NCBI GenBank assembly: GCA_046563655.1
Contig: CM102287.1
Coordinates: 2,852,001 to 2,916,000, forward strand
Origin: Yuukianura sp. NJ FZ-2021
Lineage: Eukaryota
Direction: 5' to 3'
DNA length: 64,000 nt
This document shows positions 1-12,645 of this stretch, piece after piece. The translations under genes were made by a program, and so were the position numbers. A model generated the notes under the pieces. It was not told the origin of the DNA. It saw only the letters and a program-made list of their open reading frames with translations, and ran no database searches. Each line of letters begins with the position of its first letter. The first letter of the stretch is position 1.

Positions 1-592
1 AAACGCTGACACTAGCGGCAAGAACAGATCGAGATTCGAATCATCTCCAACTCGAAGAAATCGATGCGCAGAACAAAAATTTGGACACTCTGCGCACAAT
101 TCTTAGCAATTTTTTCTCAGGTGAGTAAAATCGGTTGCAACTGTTGAAATTTAACAGTTGAAACAGCAGAATTTTTGCCAAAAATTTTGCTTCAAAGCCA
201 AATTTTTCAAGAATTTTGACTTTTTTCCTGATTTTAATTGAGTTTTCTCTTTCTATTTTTCTTCAGCTGCTGAAGATGTGCTGTCACACTCTTGTTCTAA
301 ACATGAAAAGACACATGACCTGTTGACCTTACTCGCCTCTACAGTCACTGTGGTGAACTTTCTGCTTTGGAATGTCGACAATACTTGGTTACCGAAGTAC
401 GGATCCATTTCAGCAGAGTGTTTACACTATGACTCACCAATCGAATTTCTCGAACTTCTGCCAATTGCCACCAAAATCCTTGGAAAAGAACTCGAAAACA
501 AGCGGATTCTCCGAAAATTGCAAAGTGAAATCGGACCCCTTCGAACTCACTTTTCAAAAACTCAGTTTCGTCCAAAATTTACTCATTTTTAG
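1..592 (+). CDS. 3' part of an unidentified spliced gene
   Basis: An open frame over 3-120 (TLTLAARTDRDSNHLQLEEIDAQNK...NFFS) ends at a GTGAGT donor at 121. It joins in phase at the CAG acceptor (266) to the 278..592 ORF frame (AAEDVLSHSCSK...). No recognisable domain. The true 3' end may extend to about 665 through another small intron. Confidence 0.45.
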
Positions 593-1603
593 CATTACCG
601 ACAAGAGGTCAAAGTTTCAATGACCCAGCTTATCTCATACAAGTATTGAAATGTCAAGGTCATTGACCCCTTTGGAAGGTCAAGGTCATTGACCCCTTAG
701 CTCTCAAGGTCACTGACCTCATAGCTCACTTTAGTAGCTCTTTAGTAAACTATTTTTTGTAAGAACTTTTGTAAGAGTGAAAATTTTCACAATTTTTGTA
801 TTGAAAAAAACCATTAGTAATTGCAGTAGAAGTTGACTTAATATTAATTTAGAAGAAAAATCGTTTTGCAGAAGTAATCGACTACTTTGTGATTACTTGT
901 AATCCAAATGTAATCACACTTCCGATTAGTTACGCATTAAAAGTTACACTTTTCGGTAATCCTGAGAGGTTTAGCATTTCGTAAGCTTAACCTGCTATAC
1001 TGATAGACGTACTTAATTATTGCATAACTTAATTTAATTAATTAGATAACTTAATATTTAAGATTTAACTAATTAAACTGCAAAAATGGTTTAGTTAATT
1101 GTTTAAAGTAAGAAAATGTAAATAATTAGTTTATGCAAGTAATTGGATGAGATAAATTTCAGGCTTTGATTCAGTAAAAATTGAACAGTTTTCCTTTCCA
1201 AATGAAAATGCAGCGATTATTTCCAAATAAGTTTTCAAAATTTTCCAAAATTCTTAAAAGTTTTCGATTTCTAAATTAAAAAAAAATTGGTTTAATTTCC
1301 TTGAAGTTCGTCGAAATTGATCAAACACTTTCACCGGAAGGAAAGGAGGAGAAAGTGAGTTGAGTATATTTGAGAAACTGATTTTTGAAATTGTCTTCTT
1401 TTTTTCACTTTTCATTTTTTTTAGAAATTCTTTTGAAAGGTCTACGATCACCTTGGTTACAAATTTAATTTCTTGAGTTAATTTAATTTAATTGATTTTT
1501 CCGCCTTTTCAACATTCATTTCCACTCACATATCAAAATACAAGTTGCGCATAATAAAATATAATAATTAAATATTTGAATATTTAATAATCACGAAGTT
1601 GAA

Positions 1604-4600
1604 ATGAAGACGCCAGAAGAGGAAGAAACTTCCGGGGCGGAAGAGGAAGGTGGGACTATCAGTTCCACTTCGTCGTCTGACGAGGACGGCGGATCGACTC
1701 CACCCAGCGGCAAGGAGTCACGAGAACTCCTTGACCCCACTCGATTAGGTTATGACCTTGAGGAGTTCTGGACTTTTCCCGTTGACCCCAACAGAGTGTC
1801 CTTGACTGACCTCTGGAGTCACTACGAGTATGGAGAAGATGGACAATTGTTTGGAGAAGACGAAGAGGAAGAATTGATCTTTGATGCAAGGAAGGAACCA
1901 AAACCAAGCGAGGAAGAAGAGGAGGAAGAAGATGAAGATGAGGAATACAGCTCATCTGACGAAGATTTAACCGAAACTGGGCCAAAAGTGAGTTAAAAAG
2001 TGAATTAACAAAATTAATTATCATGTTAATTGATTCATCATTTTTGTGTGTAGGAAGAAGAAGAAGAAACGGAAGTTGTTGTTGAGCTGACACCGGAAGA
2101 ACTTGCGGCAAAAGCAGAAGCTGATCGGATCTTTGAACAAACAGAAGCAGTGAAGGAGATCATTCGAAAACAACTGCGCAAATTAAAAGTGGATTACAGA
2201 GCTATTGCTCAAAAGTAAGTTCAATTAGTACATAAGTTTAATTACTTCATTGCACAAAACCCCCAAAAACTAAAGTTTTTCAAAGTTTTAAACCCATTTT
2301 CGAAAAAAAAACCACCCAAAATTTAAGTCGTGTGCTAACGCCGTTTAAAAAAGAGAAAAAAATATCTCTTCTAAAAACTCTTTTTTTAGAGTAAAGAAAT
2401 TAAATATTTTTGACTGGATTTAAAAGTGTTCCCTCAAATTTTTTGTTGTGATTTTTTTTTATATAAGTTCCATTACATAAGTTGGATTAGTTCCGTGCCA
2501 TTTCATCGAATGAATTACTGCGAACCGAATTGCTGCGAAACGAATTACTTCAACAGGTCATTTACTTCCAACTAAACTATTATGAATCGAATTACTGCGA
2601 ATAAATTACTTTGAAAGTAAATGACCTTTCGAAATAATTCATTTCGCAGTAATTCGTTCGTAGTAATTCCCTTGGCAGTAATTCATTCGATGAAATGGCA
2701 GTGCTACCGTTGGATTTACTTAAGCCGGATTACATAATTTTGACGTTTTAGGAACAATGAAGTGCCTGTGCAATTCCGAGTGCCCAGAACAAAGTTTGAG
2801 TTGGATCCACGGATCAAGGAACCCCGACAAAGGAGATTTGAAGAAGAAGTTGAAAAAGTGTATCGTCGTTGGGAGTGGGAAGGAACACGATCTGTAATTG
2901 GGTTTGAGAAGATCCAAAAGCACTTCCTGGAGTCCATTGAGACTCATCACAAGAATGTCCAGGATCTGGAACACACTGTGGCAGCATACGCTTTTAGACA
3001 TAGTTTTTTATCACCCGAATTCTGGGAAGTTGTGCTGAAAAATCAACAGACATTGGCCAATGAGAAATCTGAAGATGAAGATAGCACCAAAGTGGATCAG
3101 AAGATGGTGGCTGGTGGTGCAGTGTTGCCTGGTCATGTGACTCGGTTGTATGCTAAGGACATGATTGGTGATTACACGGGCAAGAAGTATGATGTGGAAA
3201 CAATGCATGCCATTAAACAACTCGAGGAACGACTGGCACGGCGTTACTTTCGAGAATTGGAGGTAAAAAGATCAGAATTTTGATAAAATTTTCAGTTTAG
3301 ACAATTCTTTTTTTTTCGGAATTTTGGCAGTTTAGAGAAATTTTTTTCGAAATTTTGTAGTTGGCGGAGCTCAACTCTATTATGATTCCGGACAACTTTG
3401 AGGATGACGAAGACGTGGAGGCTGTCAAGTATGCCAAAGGACATACTGGAGACTACAAGCTCAAAACAAGCGAAGAGTATCTCGTTGGAGACAAAACTAC
3501 AATGGCACAACGGCGCCAGAAAATTTTGGATTTGAAGATCATGGTAAGTCGGAATTTTGAATTTCAAAATCTTTCAAAAAGAAAAGCGTTTAAAATTCGG
3601 ATTTCCGAATTCCTGAATTTCAGATTTACGAAACCGTGAAAGATTACAACGCAAGGTTGCTGAAATTGCAAAACGAGAAAATTACAGTGATTGAACATTG
3701 TCGTACTCTGGAAAACGAAATTCGCGATCGCCATAAATATTTGCCAATGGACATGCGCCAACCGTTTCCGATTGTCCACGACATCGACCCGTCGGAAAGC
3801 CCTGAAACCGCTTTCGAAATTTCCATGAAAGATATCACCCAAATCCAAAATCAAAAATTGGAAACTGCCGGACTTTTGAAACGGAAACAAATCGTATGTT
3901 CAAAATTTCAAATCTTTTCAAAAAAATTGAAACTGACATGTGACCTTTGACCTTTAGGCTTACGGTGAAGAAGACAAAGAAGCCACCGCTCCTGTGACGA
4001 CACCAACCGATGAACCAGTCAAAGTCAAACGTCGAATTCACAAACCCGGCGACTTTACTCGAAATCGCAACGACCCGCGTGCTCCCAAAGTCATTTTGAA
4101 AAAGTTAGAACAGCCATTTTCTGTTCAAATCGTTGGACCAACCGTAATCAAGGCCGTTCCACAACGCAAAAATTTAGAAGGTCTGTCCATGGCCACTTTT
4201 CGCTACCGAAAGGCCTTCTTCAATCCAAAAACGGAAGCGGCTCAAAATCGCCGTGATCGGATTCTGGCTCGACGTAGCTTCGAATGTGAATTTTTTGTGG
4301 AACGCCTGCGCCGAGTAATCGATGACTTCAAGCAGAGAGTCATTCATCTAAGGAACGACAGAATTGAAATTCAACTGGACGTCAAATTGATGACAATTGC
4401 ACTGCTAGTTTATATCCAAGAGTTGGACATTGTCAAGGATTTTGAAGAAAACGAAAGAGAAATATTCGAGCGTTTTGAAAATCAGAGAATTCAACTGGAA
4501 ACGGCCAAACGGCGGGTAAAAACTGTCAAATTTTTATCAAAACTTCATTTCTCGGGGACAAAATTTATGAATTTTTTGCCAAATTTTCAAATTCTACTTT

Positions 4601-7600
4601 TTAAAAATTTCAGCTTGAGAAGTCAAACCGACATCTGAAACAAGGAAAACGAGATCAGAGAAGAATTGAACAAAATTTGACAAAATTGGCCAAAGACGTT
4701 TCGGTTTTCATTTATGCCCAAGGTCGGTTTTCGGAATACCTCTGGAAAGTGTTTCGAAAGCGGATTGTTGTAGGAGTTCCAGAGGAAGAAGGTAAGTGAC
4801 ACATTTTCAAAAAGGGAAATTTCAAAATTCAAAATTTTGAAACTAATTTTGACTTTTTCAGAGGAAGAAGATGAAAACGAGAGTGAATTTGGGAGTGAGG
4901 CGAGTAGTAACGAAGGTTCACTTCCGAAACAAAGTGTTGCCAAAATTGACGTTGGCGGAGGCGGGTCCAGCACAAGCAGTGGATCGCACGACATTCTTTT
5001 CAGACCACGCAAAACACAGTTGACTTTGAACGTTTGTCCAGAAGACATGGAACAAGAAGTTTACGACAAAGTGTGCGATTTTCGTCAGAAGAAGGCCATT
5101 TTAGACGCTGAATTGCAGAATCAGAAAGAAGTTGTGCAGCGATTGGGAAGCGAGTACTCTGCTGGAAGTCAATTGTACGAAGAACTTCATAGTGGAATGG
5201 GCAACATCAAGGAAGAAACGGACGCACTTGTGCGGCAACGTCAAATTATGATCAACGATTTGCGGAGATTGATTATCCTCAAAACGAGTCAAGTTCAGTA
5301 AGTCTAAAATTTCATCATTCCCAAAAGGCTACCGTAGTTCGCTTATGGGACAGAGCAGACCCGTACGATTTGGCTGAAAATTTAACCATGTGTTCTCGAC
5401 ACCTATAGGAACAACTTTTGTACAGGGTCCAGATGGGGCATCAAACGGTTTGACCCCCAGGGGTCACCAAAGGTCACGAGGTCATCCTATGACAACCCCC
5501 CATAAGTAAGGTGTCGTTGGAAAGGTCTTGACCTTGTGGTTCAGAAAATGTATAGGTATCAATACTTTGGTTCAGGCGTTTAGCCGTGAGGGGTCACTGA
5601 AGGTCAACTATGAAAAAAGTTGCAAAGTACTAAAAAGTGATAATCGTTTCATGACAACCGACAAAATGACTTATACATAAGTTGTTCCAATCACAAAAAT
5701 AAGCAACTTTTCCCTCTTCCATTTTCCTCTACGGCAAACAGCTGATGAGATACCGACCCAGGCCAAAACTGCTAAAAGTAGATTTCAGATAGGACTTTCG
5801 CGACGGTAAAAAGGAATCTGATTCTTTTTTACATTTGGACTTAAACGTCAGCATATTGTTTTAAAAAGTTAGTTTCTGCAACCATTTCCGTGTTCTGGTG
5901 GAATCTAGAGGCGTAGAACCGTTGTTCTTGTCCAATTTCCTTTTGCCGTCGCGAAAGTCCTATCCGAAATCTACTTTTAGCAGTTTTGGCCTGGGTCTTT
6001 ATCTCATCAGCTGTTTGCCGTAGAGGAAAATGGAAGAGGGAAAAGTTGCTTATTTTTGTGATTGGAAGAACTTATGTATAAGTCATTTTGTCGGTTGTCA
6101 TGAAACGATTATCACTTTTTAGTACTTTGCAACTTTTTTCATAGTTGACCTTCAGTGACCCCTCACGGCTAAACGCCTGAACCAAAGTATTGATACCTAT
6201 ACATTTTCTGAACCACAAGGTCAAGACCTTTCCAACGACACCTTACTTATGGGGGGTTGTCATAGGATGACCTCGTGACCTTTGGTGACCCCTGGGGGTC
6301 AAACCGTTTGATGCCCCATCTGGACCCTGTACAAAAGTTGTTCCTATAGGTGTCGAGAACACATGGTTAAATTTTCAGCCAAATCGTACGGGTCTGCTCT
6401 GTCCCATAAGCGAACTACGGTAGCCTTTCAAAAGTTTCTTAAAACTCTAAAATTTGATTTAGAAGATGTTGCATGCGTTGCATTAGTTACACAAGTTACA
6501 TTGTATTCTGTTTTAGGTGTATCGATGAGAGCAAGTTGGAATTGGACACGAACGGTACGATGCTGGAGCGGATCAAACGAAACTTCCCGGATATCGAAGA
6601 TGTGATTGTTTTTCCCACCGACGGAACGCTGAATTTGGATCAGCGATTGGTCGAGCTCAAAGCCGAACTGGAACGACAGAAGCACAAACAAAAGTGAGCG
6701 ACGACATTATATTTATTCTAATATTTCTATTGTTATTTTATTAATTTATATTACTATTTCACATATTTTAGACTCACTCGTTCCATGATGATTCGTCTCA
6801 AAGCGGAACTGCGTAAAAAGGAGGAGCAAGCAGCCAAGTTGACTGATCAGTGCATCAAGGACATGTTAGGCCGCTTTGGCCGTGTTGTTGACATGGAGGA
6901 CCTGTGTGCTGGCAGTATAAATTTGGAAATACTGGACATCATGGCAGAGTTGGACTTTAAACGCAAGCACCATTACGCTCAAAGTGATGCTTATAATCGT
7001 CGACTGGCCAAAACTCGTCATGACCTGGCTGGTGTGACCTCAATCAACTCAGACTTCAATGTGAAGTTGGCCATTCTGGAAGTGAAACAGCGCGACGTCG
7101 ACTACTTCCTGTACCAACAACAGAAGAAACAAAAAGAGCGGGAAGCCGCTCCGGAAATCACTCCAAGCGAAGACCGTGTCAGCGTCGTCAGCGCAGAAGC
7201 TCCTGGTGACTCCAACGTCACACAAGGTTGGTAAACTAAAAAATAGTTTTTCTTCAACTTTTCAACTCTTCATCTTTTCAACTTCAACTTTTTTCACTTT
7301 TCAACCAACTTTTTCCTTCAGTTTTCAACCAACTTAATTTTGTTCAGTTTTCAAGTACTACAGTTTATTCTGGGTCACCTTTTAACTTCAACTTTTCTCT
7401 GCACTTTTCAACTGTAACTTTTTTCTTCGACTTTTCAACTCATCAGCTTTTCAACTTCAAACTTTTTCTTCACTTTTTTAACTCTTCAACTTTTCAGCTT
7501 CAACTTTTATGATCACTATTGAGCTTCAACTTTTTCCCTTTTCACTTTCAACTGTTTTTTTCACTTTTCAACTTCAACTTTTTTCTTCAGTTTTCAGCTT

Positions 7601-8323
7601 CTACTTTTTTCTTCAGATTTCAGCCCTTCAAAATTTCAACTTCAACTTTTTTTTAAAAACTATTTTGTTGTTTTAGGAACTGTGAACGTTCCAAGCGTCT
7701 TTACCGACTTCGATTCAGCGAATGACGACGTGATTGAAGAGATGTTTTGTCTGGAGGATCGGCTGATCAATCAGGAGTCGAGAATTGTGTACTTGAGAGA
7801 AACGATTGCCCAGTGTAAGATGAAGGGCGGAATTCCAGAGATTGCTGTGATGAGCTGCTGTGTGCCTGACAGAGTGGGGTCAAGGTTCATCACTTTCAAG
7901 GAACTCCAGGAGTACAAGTCATACTTGAACAAGGAAGTGGAAATACTCTATTCAAAGAACAACACTCAAAAACTGCTCGAGAGCACCTCCGTCATGCCGT
8001 CGTTTGATGTAAGTCGAGCAGAACAGGACAGGAAGTCGGTTGGAGGTCAACAGAGGTCACTCGGAGGTCAAGAGCAGCAGATTTTGGACCAATTGGATCA
8101 AGTTGTGAGCAAAAACAAGATGAACGAGCAAATGAAGCGACCAATGCCAAAAGCACTCTTTGGTCAAACTGGGAGGAAGCGTTTGACTCCCTCCGAGGCG
8201 GAGGAGGAGGAGGACGACGAAGCGGAGGAGGAGGAGGAGGACGACGAAGCGGAGGAGGAGGAGGAGGAGGAAGAAGAAGCGGAGGAGGAAAAGGAAGAAG
8301 TGGAGGAGGAGGCGGAGGTTTGA
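1604..8323 (+). CDS. CFAP44: CFAP44/WDR52-like cilia- and flagella-associated protein, coiled-coil C-terminal region, multi-exon
   Basis: Spliceable ORFs at 1604, 2762, 3361, 3636, 3994, 4837, 6517, 6785 and 7682. Motifs resembling the CFAP44 C-terminal half: NNEVPVQFRVPRTKFELDPRI, GDYKLKTSEEYLV, CPEDMEQEVYDKVCDFRQKK, LIILKTSQVQC, MLGRFGRVVDMEDL. Acidic N-terminus and poly-Glu C-terminus. Confidence 0.7.
2489..2708. mobile_element. Small non-autonomous TIR element (MITE, Mutator-like layout) inside an intron
   Basis: Perfect 26-bp inverted repeat TGCCATTTCATCGAATGAATTACTGC at 2496-2521 and 2675-2700. Internal GAATTACTGCGAA-type subrepeats. Flanking direct repeat GTTGGATT at 2481-2488 and 2709-2716. 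Confidence 0.8.
5324..6428. mobile_element. About 1.1-kb foldback / long-TIR non-autonomous element in intron 5298-6516
   Basis: Arms at about 5324-5816 and 5937-6428 are reverse complements with only a few mismatches, separated by a spacer of about 120 bp. Termini GGCTACCGTAGTTC...GAACTACGGTAGCC. Possible degenerate TSD TCCCAAAA / TTTCAAAA. Confidence 0.85.
7250..7650 (+). repeat. Low-complexity degenerate TTTTCAACTTCAAC repeat (intronic)
   Basis: Many imperfect copies of TTTTCAAC / TTCAACTTT within the last CFAP44-like intron. Confidence 0.7.
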
Positions 8324-8648
8324 TCTTGACCTTTGACCTTCAAAAATAACATAAACAAGCAAGAATAATGTCGAAAACGGAGTGTAAAAAGTAATTTGCC
8401 TAAAATACAAGAATTGAAGAAAAATGAAAATATCGCTAAAAATCGAAACTGTTAATTTCGATTTCGAAATTTTTAACTTTTTTGCATCTTTGTGGTACGG
8501 GATTTCCAGTTTCTGGAAAATTTTTGAGTTGGTTGTGGTTCCCAAATGAGAAAATTTTCTTCAAAATTTCAAGTTTTGTTTGTTTGTAATTAGGACAGAG
8601 AATTTTTTTTTGGGGGAATTTGGAATTTTTATTTTCGACGTTTTTAAA

Positions 8649-10807
8649 ATGTCGTCGTGTTTGTATTTTGCGGTTTTTTGTTTCGCTGTTGTTGTAGTCA
8701 GTGGGCAAAGGTTGTACAATGAACCTTGTAAATTGGATTTAAAAGGACACGGGAAAGACAGTTCCAGAAATGTTTCTGCTAACAGTAATACTACTGCCAC
8801 TGGTGAGTTCAGATTTTGAAAATTTTCAAAATTTTGGAAACATGTTGAAGTTTTTTTGTTTTTGAAGATCCTCGATGTGACTCCACCAAGCACTTGGAAT
8901 GCGTGAGGTCGAAATGCGTCTGTGCACCGGACCACGTCTACGACGGTTCCTGTGGATGCAAATACGCCCTGGCTGGCCATGGAGCTCCATGTAGCAGAGT
9001 TAGCGGTCTCGTCGTAGAAAGTAAAACATTTTTTTCAAAATTATTCAAAATTTTGAAACAATAATTTCCAACTTTCAAAATTTTGATTTTAGCTTGTGAC
9101 TCTTCGAAACACCTCTTCTGTGACCAAGTGCTGGGCCTCTGTCGTTGCAAACGGAACTTTTTCAATGACGGCAGTGACTCCTGTATTCCTGGTCGTCGTG
9201 TTTACGGCGACTCCTGTCACATACCGGTTCATCCAAAACCGAACCGAACCCGGTTTTCCAACGCAACGGACGATAACCCACATCCCAAAAACGACTCAAA
9301 ACCGGAACGTCCGTATAGATATCACGTTCGAAAGGTGTATACCGGTTTTGCTCCTTTATTACGACACTACCGAATCGGAGAGAGAAACATTGAACCAGCC
9401 GCAGCCAGCAATGAAACTGTTCAATCCAGAAAGTGAGTCGTAAATTATAATGAACTAGTTTGTTCCAAGTCATTCATTAAGTAATTACTCAAATAATTCA
9501 TAAGACAATTACTCAAGTAATTCATTAAGTAATTACTCAAGTAATTCATAAGACAATTACTCAAGTAATTCATTAAGTAATTACTCAAGTAATTCATAAG
9601 ACAATTACTCAAGTAATTCATTAAGTAATTACTCAAGTAATTCATAAGACAATTACTCAAGTAATTCATTAAGTAATTACTCAAGTAATTCATTAAGTAA
9701 TTACTCAAATAATTCATAAGACAATTACTCAAGTAATTCATTAAGTAATTACTCAAGTAATTCATAAGACAATTACTCAAGTAATTCATTAAGTAATTAC
9801 TCAAGTCATTCATTAAGTAATTACTCAAATAATTCATAAGACAATTACTCAAGTAATTCATTAAGTAATTACTCAAGTAATTCATAAGACAATTACTCAA
9901 GTAATTCATTAAGTAATTACTCAAGTAATTCATTAAGTAATTACTCAAATAATTCATCAGGTAATTACTCAATTAATTCATTAAGTAATTAATCAAAGAA
10001 TTCACCAAGTAATTTATGAGGTAAATACTCAGGTAGGTAGTTCGTTAAGCAGTTACTCAAGTAATTCAAGTAATTACTCGAGTAATTCATCAACTAATTA
10101 CTTCAATTGAGACTTTCTGAACTTTTTTTTTCTAGGGTACAGTCTTATGTGTACGAACCGAAGCCGAAACTAAGTGGCCGACTCGTCCCTGGACCAGGGA
10201 ACACCACTCGCCTGGTTTTGGAGCCCTCGGACCGCTTTACAGTGGAGTTCAGCCGTATGGCCAACAAAGCGCTCTTGATGTTCAGGAATACAACTGAGGT
10301 TTTTGAAAAGTGTGATCCGAAGACCTACTTTCCCGCTTCCACTCCTACCTCAAGCCAAAATGAAACTGAGGCTAAGCTGTTCAAACAACAAGAAGCGGGA
10401 GATCGTAAGTTTCAAATTTTCAAAAAATTTTGAAAAAACCGATTTGACCTTTGACCTTTGACCTTTTAGGATGTGACCCAGCCAGGAACCTGCAGTGCAT
10501 CCAGAACAAATGTCGGTGTATCAACGAGTTGACCTATGGAATGTACCGTCGTGATAAAGAAGACAAAAGTTCATGCAAAAAAGCCAGTTTCTACGCCTGT
10601 TTCAAAAATGAAGACTGTCTGAGCCGAAACTGCGTTTCGGAACGCAGTACGGTACATCAGAAAAACGGTACCAAAGTTTGTCTTCCAAAGGGCACGACGG
10701 CTCGGACCTACGAAAAGTCCGGTACCGGGAAACTGAAACCCGGAGTACCGTTTCACGTATCGCTGCTCTCACTGTGTCACTTTCTTCGAAAATACTTTCA
10801 CGCCTAA
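8649..10807 (+). CDS. Secreted or membrane-anchored cysteine-rich protein with EB-module-like repeats
   Basis: Signal peptide MSSCLYFAVFCFAVVVVSG. Three similar Cys modules: CDSTKHLECVRSKCVC, CDSSKHLFCDQVLGLCRC and CDPARNLQCIQNKCRC. Many N-x-S/T sites and a hydrophobic C-terminus. Exons at about 8649, 8868, 9092, 10136 and 10470. Confidence 0.65.
9466..10105. repeat. Intronic satellite with a 24-bp unit built from 12-mers and 48/120-bp higher-order structure
   Basis: About 21 well-conserved copies of AAGTAATTCATTAAGTAATTACTC alternating with AAGTAATTCATAAGACAATTACTC, followed by a decayed tail. Blocks 9661-9780 and 9781-9900 are near-identical. Confidence 0.95.
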
Positions 10808-11191
10808 ACCAAACCAAACTAAAAAAAACGTTAAAATTGGCGAAATATTGCGTTTCGCGAATTCCAATTCGCCATATTTACTTCTCTCCAACTAACTTTT
10901 ACTGTGTCAAATCTTTTTCTGTTCGAGGGTTTTTTTTTGCAACATTGCAAAAAATTTGCACAGGCATTCTAACTCTTCATTTTGGAATTGATTGCAAATT
11001 CTTAGACGATTTCTAATCTGTTGTTCTACATTTTGTAAATTAAAGTGACCTTTGACCTTGAGCTTCTGATTCACAACGTGACATCATCGTTACATGATTA
11101 CATTAACATTGATGTAACATAAATACAACAAATTCAAAATTTAATTTTGATATTTTCATGATTTTTATTTATTCACTTGAACTTTTTTTAA

Positions 11192-11929
11192 TTAGTGTGA
11201 ATTTTTACGGATATCTTCGTTTTTAGTTTCTTCCTCCTTGGTTTCTTCTTTTTTGCTTTCTACTTTTTTGGTTTCTTCTTTCTTGGTTTCTACTTTTTTA
11301 GTTTCTTCTTTTTTGGTTTCTTCCTTTTTGCTTTCTTCATTTTTGGTGTCTTCTTTCTTTTCACTTTCGATTGATTTGCGAGCAGCGTTTTTGGCCAGTT
11401 CCCGCCAGCGTTCGATTGCGTCTGCGCCTAGTTCCTGGAGTTCCTCTTTCCCATCCACCGATACAACGATTCCCTCATCAACGTTTTTTAGCACAACGAG
11501 AGCAGGATGAGCAGAAACGTTGCACTGATTTCGAGCGACACGTCGATTGGCTTGATCAGCCCAAGGAATGATGAGCCAATTGCCGTGCAGAGCTTGCACA
11601 AAGTCTTGACAGTCCTTTTCATTGTCATCCATCGAACAGAAGATGATCTGGAACTTGGTTGTATTAGCACGGATTTCCTGGAAGATTAAAAATTCAAATT
11701 CAAAATTTTGAAATTTTTTAAATTTTGGGACAGTGAAACTTACAGAGTGGAACTTCTTAACAAACTTGGTGAAGAGCCGAGTGCCGCGACTGGAGTAAGC
11801 TCCGAAGTAAATCCCGATCAGTTCAGCGCCACGAAGCGTCGCTTGGGCCATTGGCTCCACTTTGTAGTGATTGTTCAAAAACTGAGTTCCTTCCAAGTAC
11901 CACCAAGCAGTTCCTACAGTTCCAGACAT
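11192..11929 (-). CDS. Nucleoredoxin/tryparedoxin-like thioredoxin-fold protein lacking the CxxC motif, with a KKEET repeat tail
   Basis: IGIYFGAYSSRGTRLFT aligns with the nucleoredoxin YFSAHWCPPCRxFT motif. FQIIFCSMD, HGNWLIIPW and VSAHPALVVL are also nucleoredoxin-like. One in-frame intron of about 66 nt lies at about 11678-11743. Confidence 0.75.
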   Translation of the reverse strand: MSGTVGTAWWYLEGTQFLNNHYKVEPMAQATLRGAELIGIYFGAYSSRGTRLFTKFVKKFHSVSFTVPKFKKFQNFEFEFLIFQEIRANTTKFQIIFCSMDDNEKDCQDFVQALHGNWLIIPWADQANRRVARNQCNVSAHPALVVLKNVDEGIVVSVDGKEELQELGADAIERWRELAKNAARKSIESEKKEDTKNEESKKEETKKEETKKVETKKEETKKVESKKEETKEEETKNEDIRKNSH

Positions 11930-12645
11930 TTTTGGATTTTCCAAGGTCAGAGGTCAGAGGTCAAAGACTTTTAACTACTCAAAGGTCAAAGGTCAGCAAA
12001 TGTCACTGTCTCGGTCAGCCAATCACGTCTCTTGTTACAGCAGCAGATTCAAAATCTTTCAAGATGTGTTTTCTTTCACCATAACTTTTTGAAAATTGAT
12101 CAAACTTCGACAAAAAAAAGGTGGTGGTCGTTGCCATATAAAATTCTGGTTCAAACTTTTAAAAAAGTGAAAGTCAAAAGAGAAAGTTACTACAGCACGC
12201 ATTTTGGACAGTTTTTTAATTCGTAACAATTAGAATTTCGAATTTTGGGAAAATCTTACGATTTTAAAAATATTTCGGTGCGAATCAACTTTTTTTTAAA
12301 TAAAACTGAAGCCTTTAGGACTTTTTTTCATAAAAGCCTCTTCTGCACACACCAAGCTGAAAACATACCCTAACAAAATTTGACTAACTTTAACTTAGCC
12401 TAACATTTACTTTAGTTTACTTTAGTTGGCAAAAAAAATTAAGTAAACATAAACGGAACTGTAAACAAAAGTTAAAATTTAGCTGCTCATCATCAGCAAA
12501 AATAACTTCTAGCGTAACAAGTTTCTGAGAAGTGGCGGGGACGTGACAATGACAATTGAAACCTTCAGTTAGCTAATCCTGTAACAGGATATTGGTGAAT
12601 GATGATGATGATGATGATGTTTGATCATCACGTGATGCATGATGA

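Noticed and set aside
5324..6428. Autonomous transposase inside the foldback element
   Set aside because: No ORF of useful length; the spacer is only about 120 bp.
9445..9972. 175-aa ORF of MNYLSNYL repeats, or a possible CRISPR array
   Set aside because: It is the stop-free reading of a 24-bp satellite, antisense within an intron. There are no unique spacers and no cas genes, and the context is eukaryotic.
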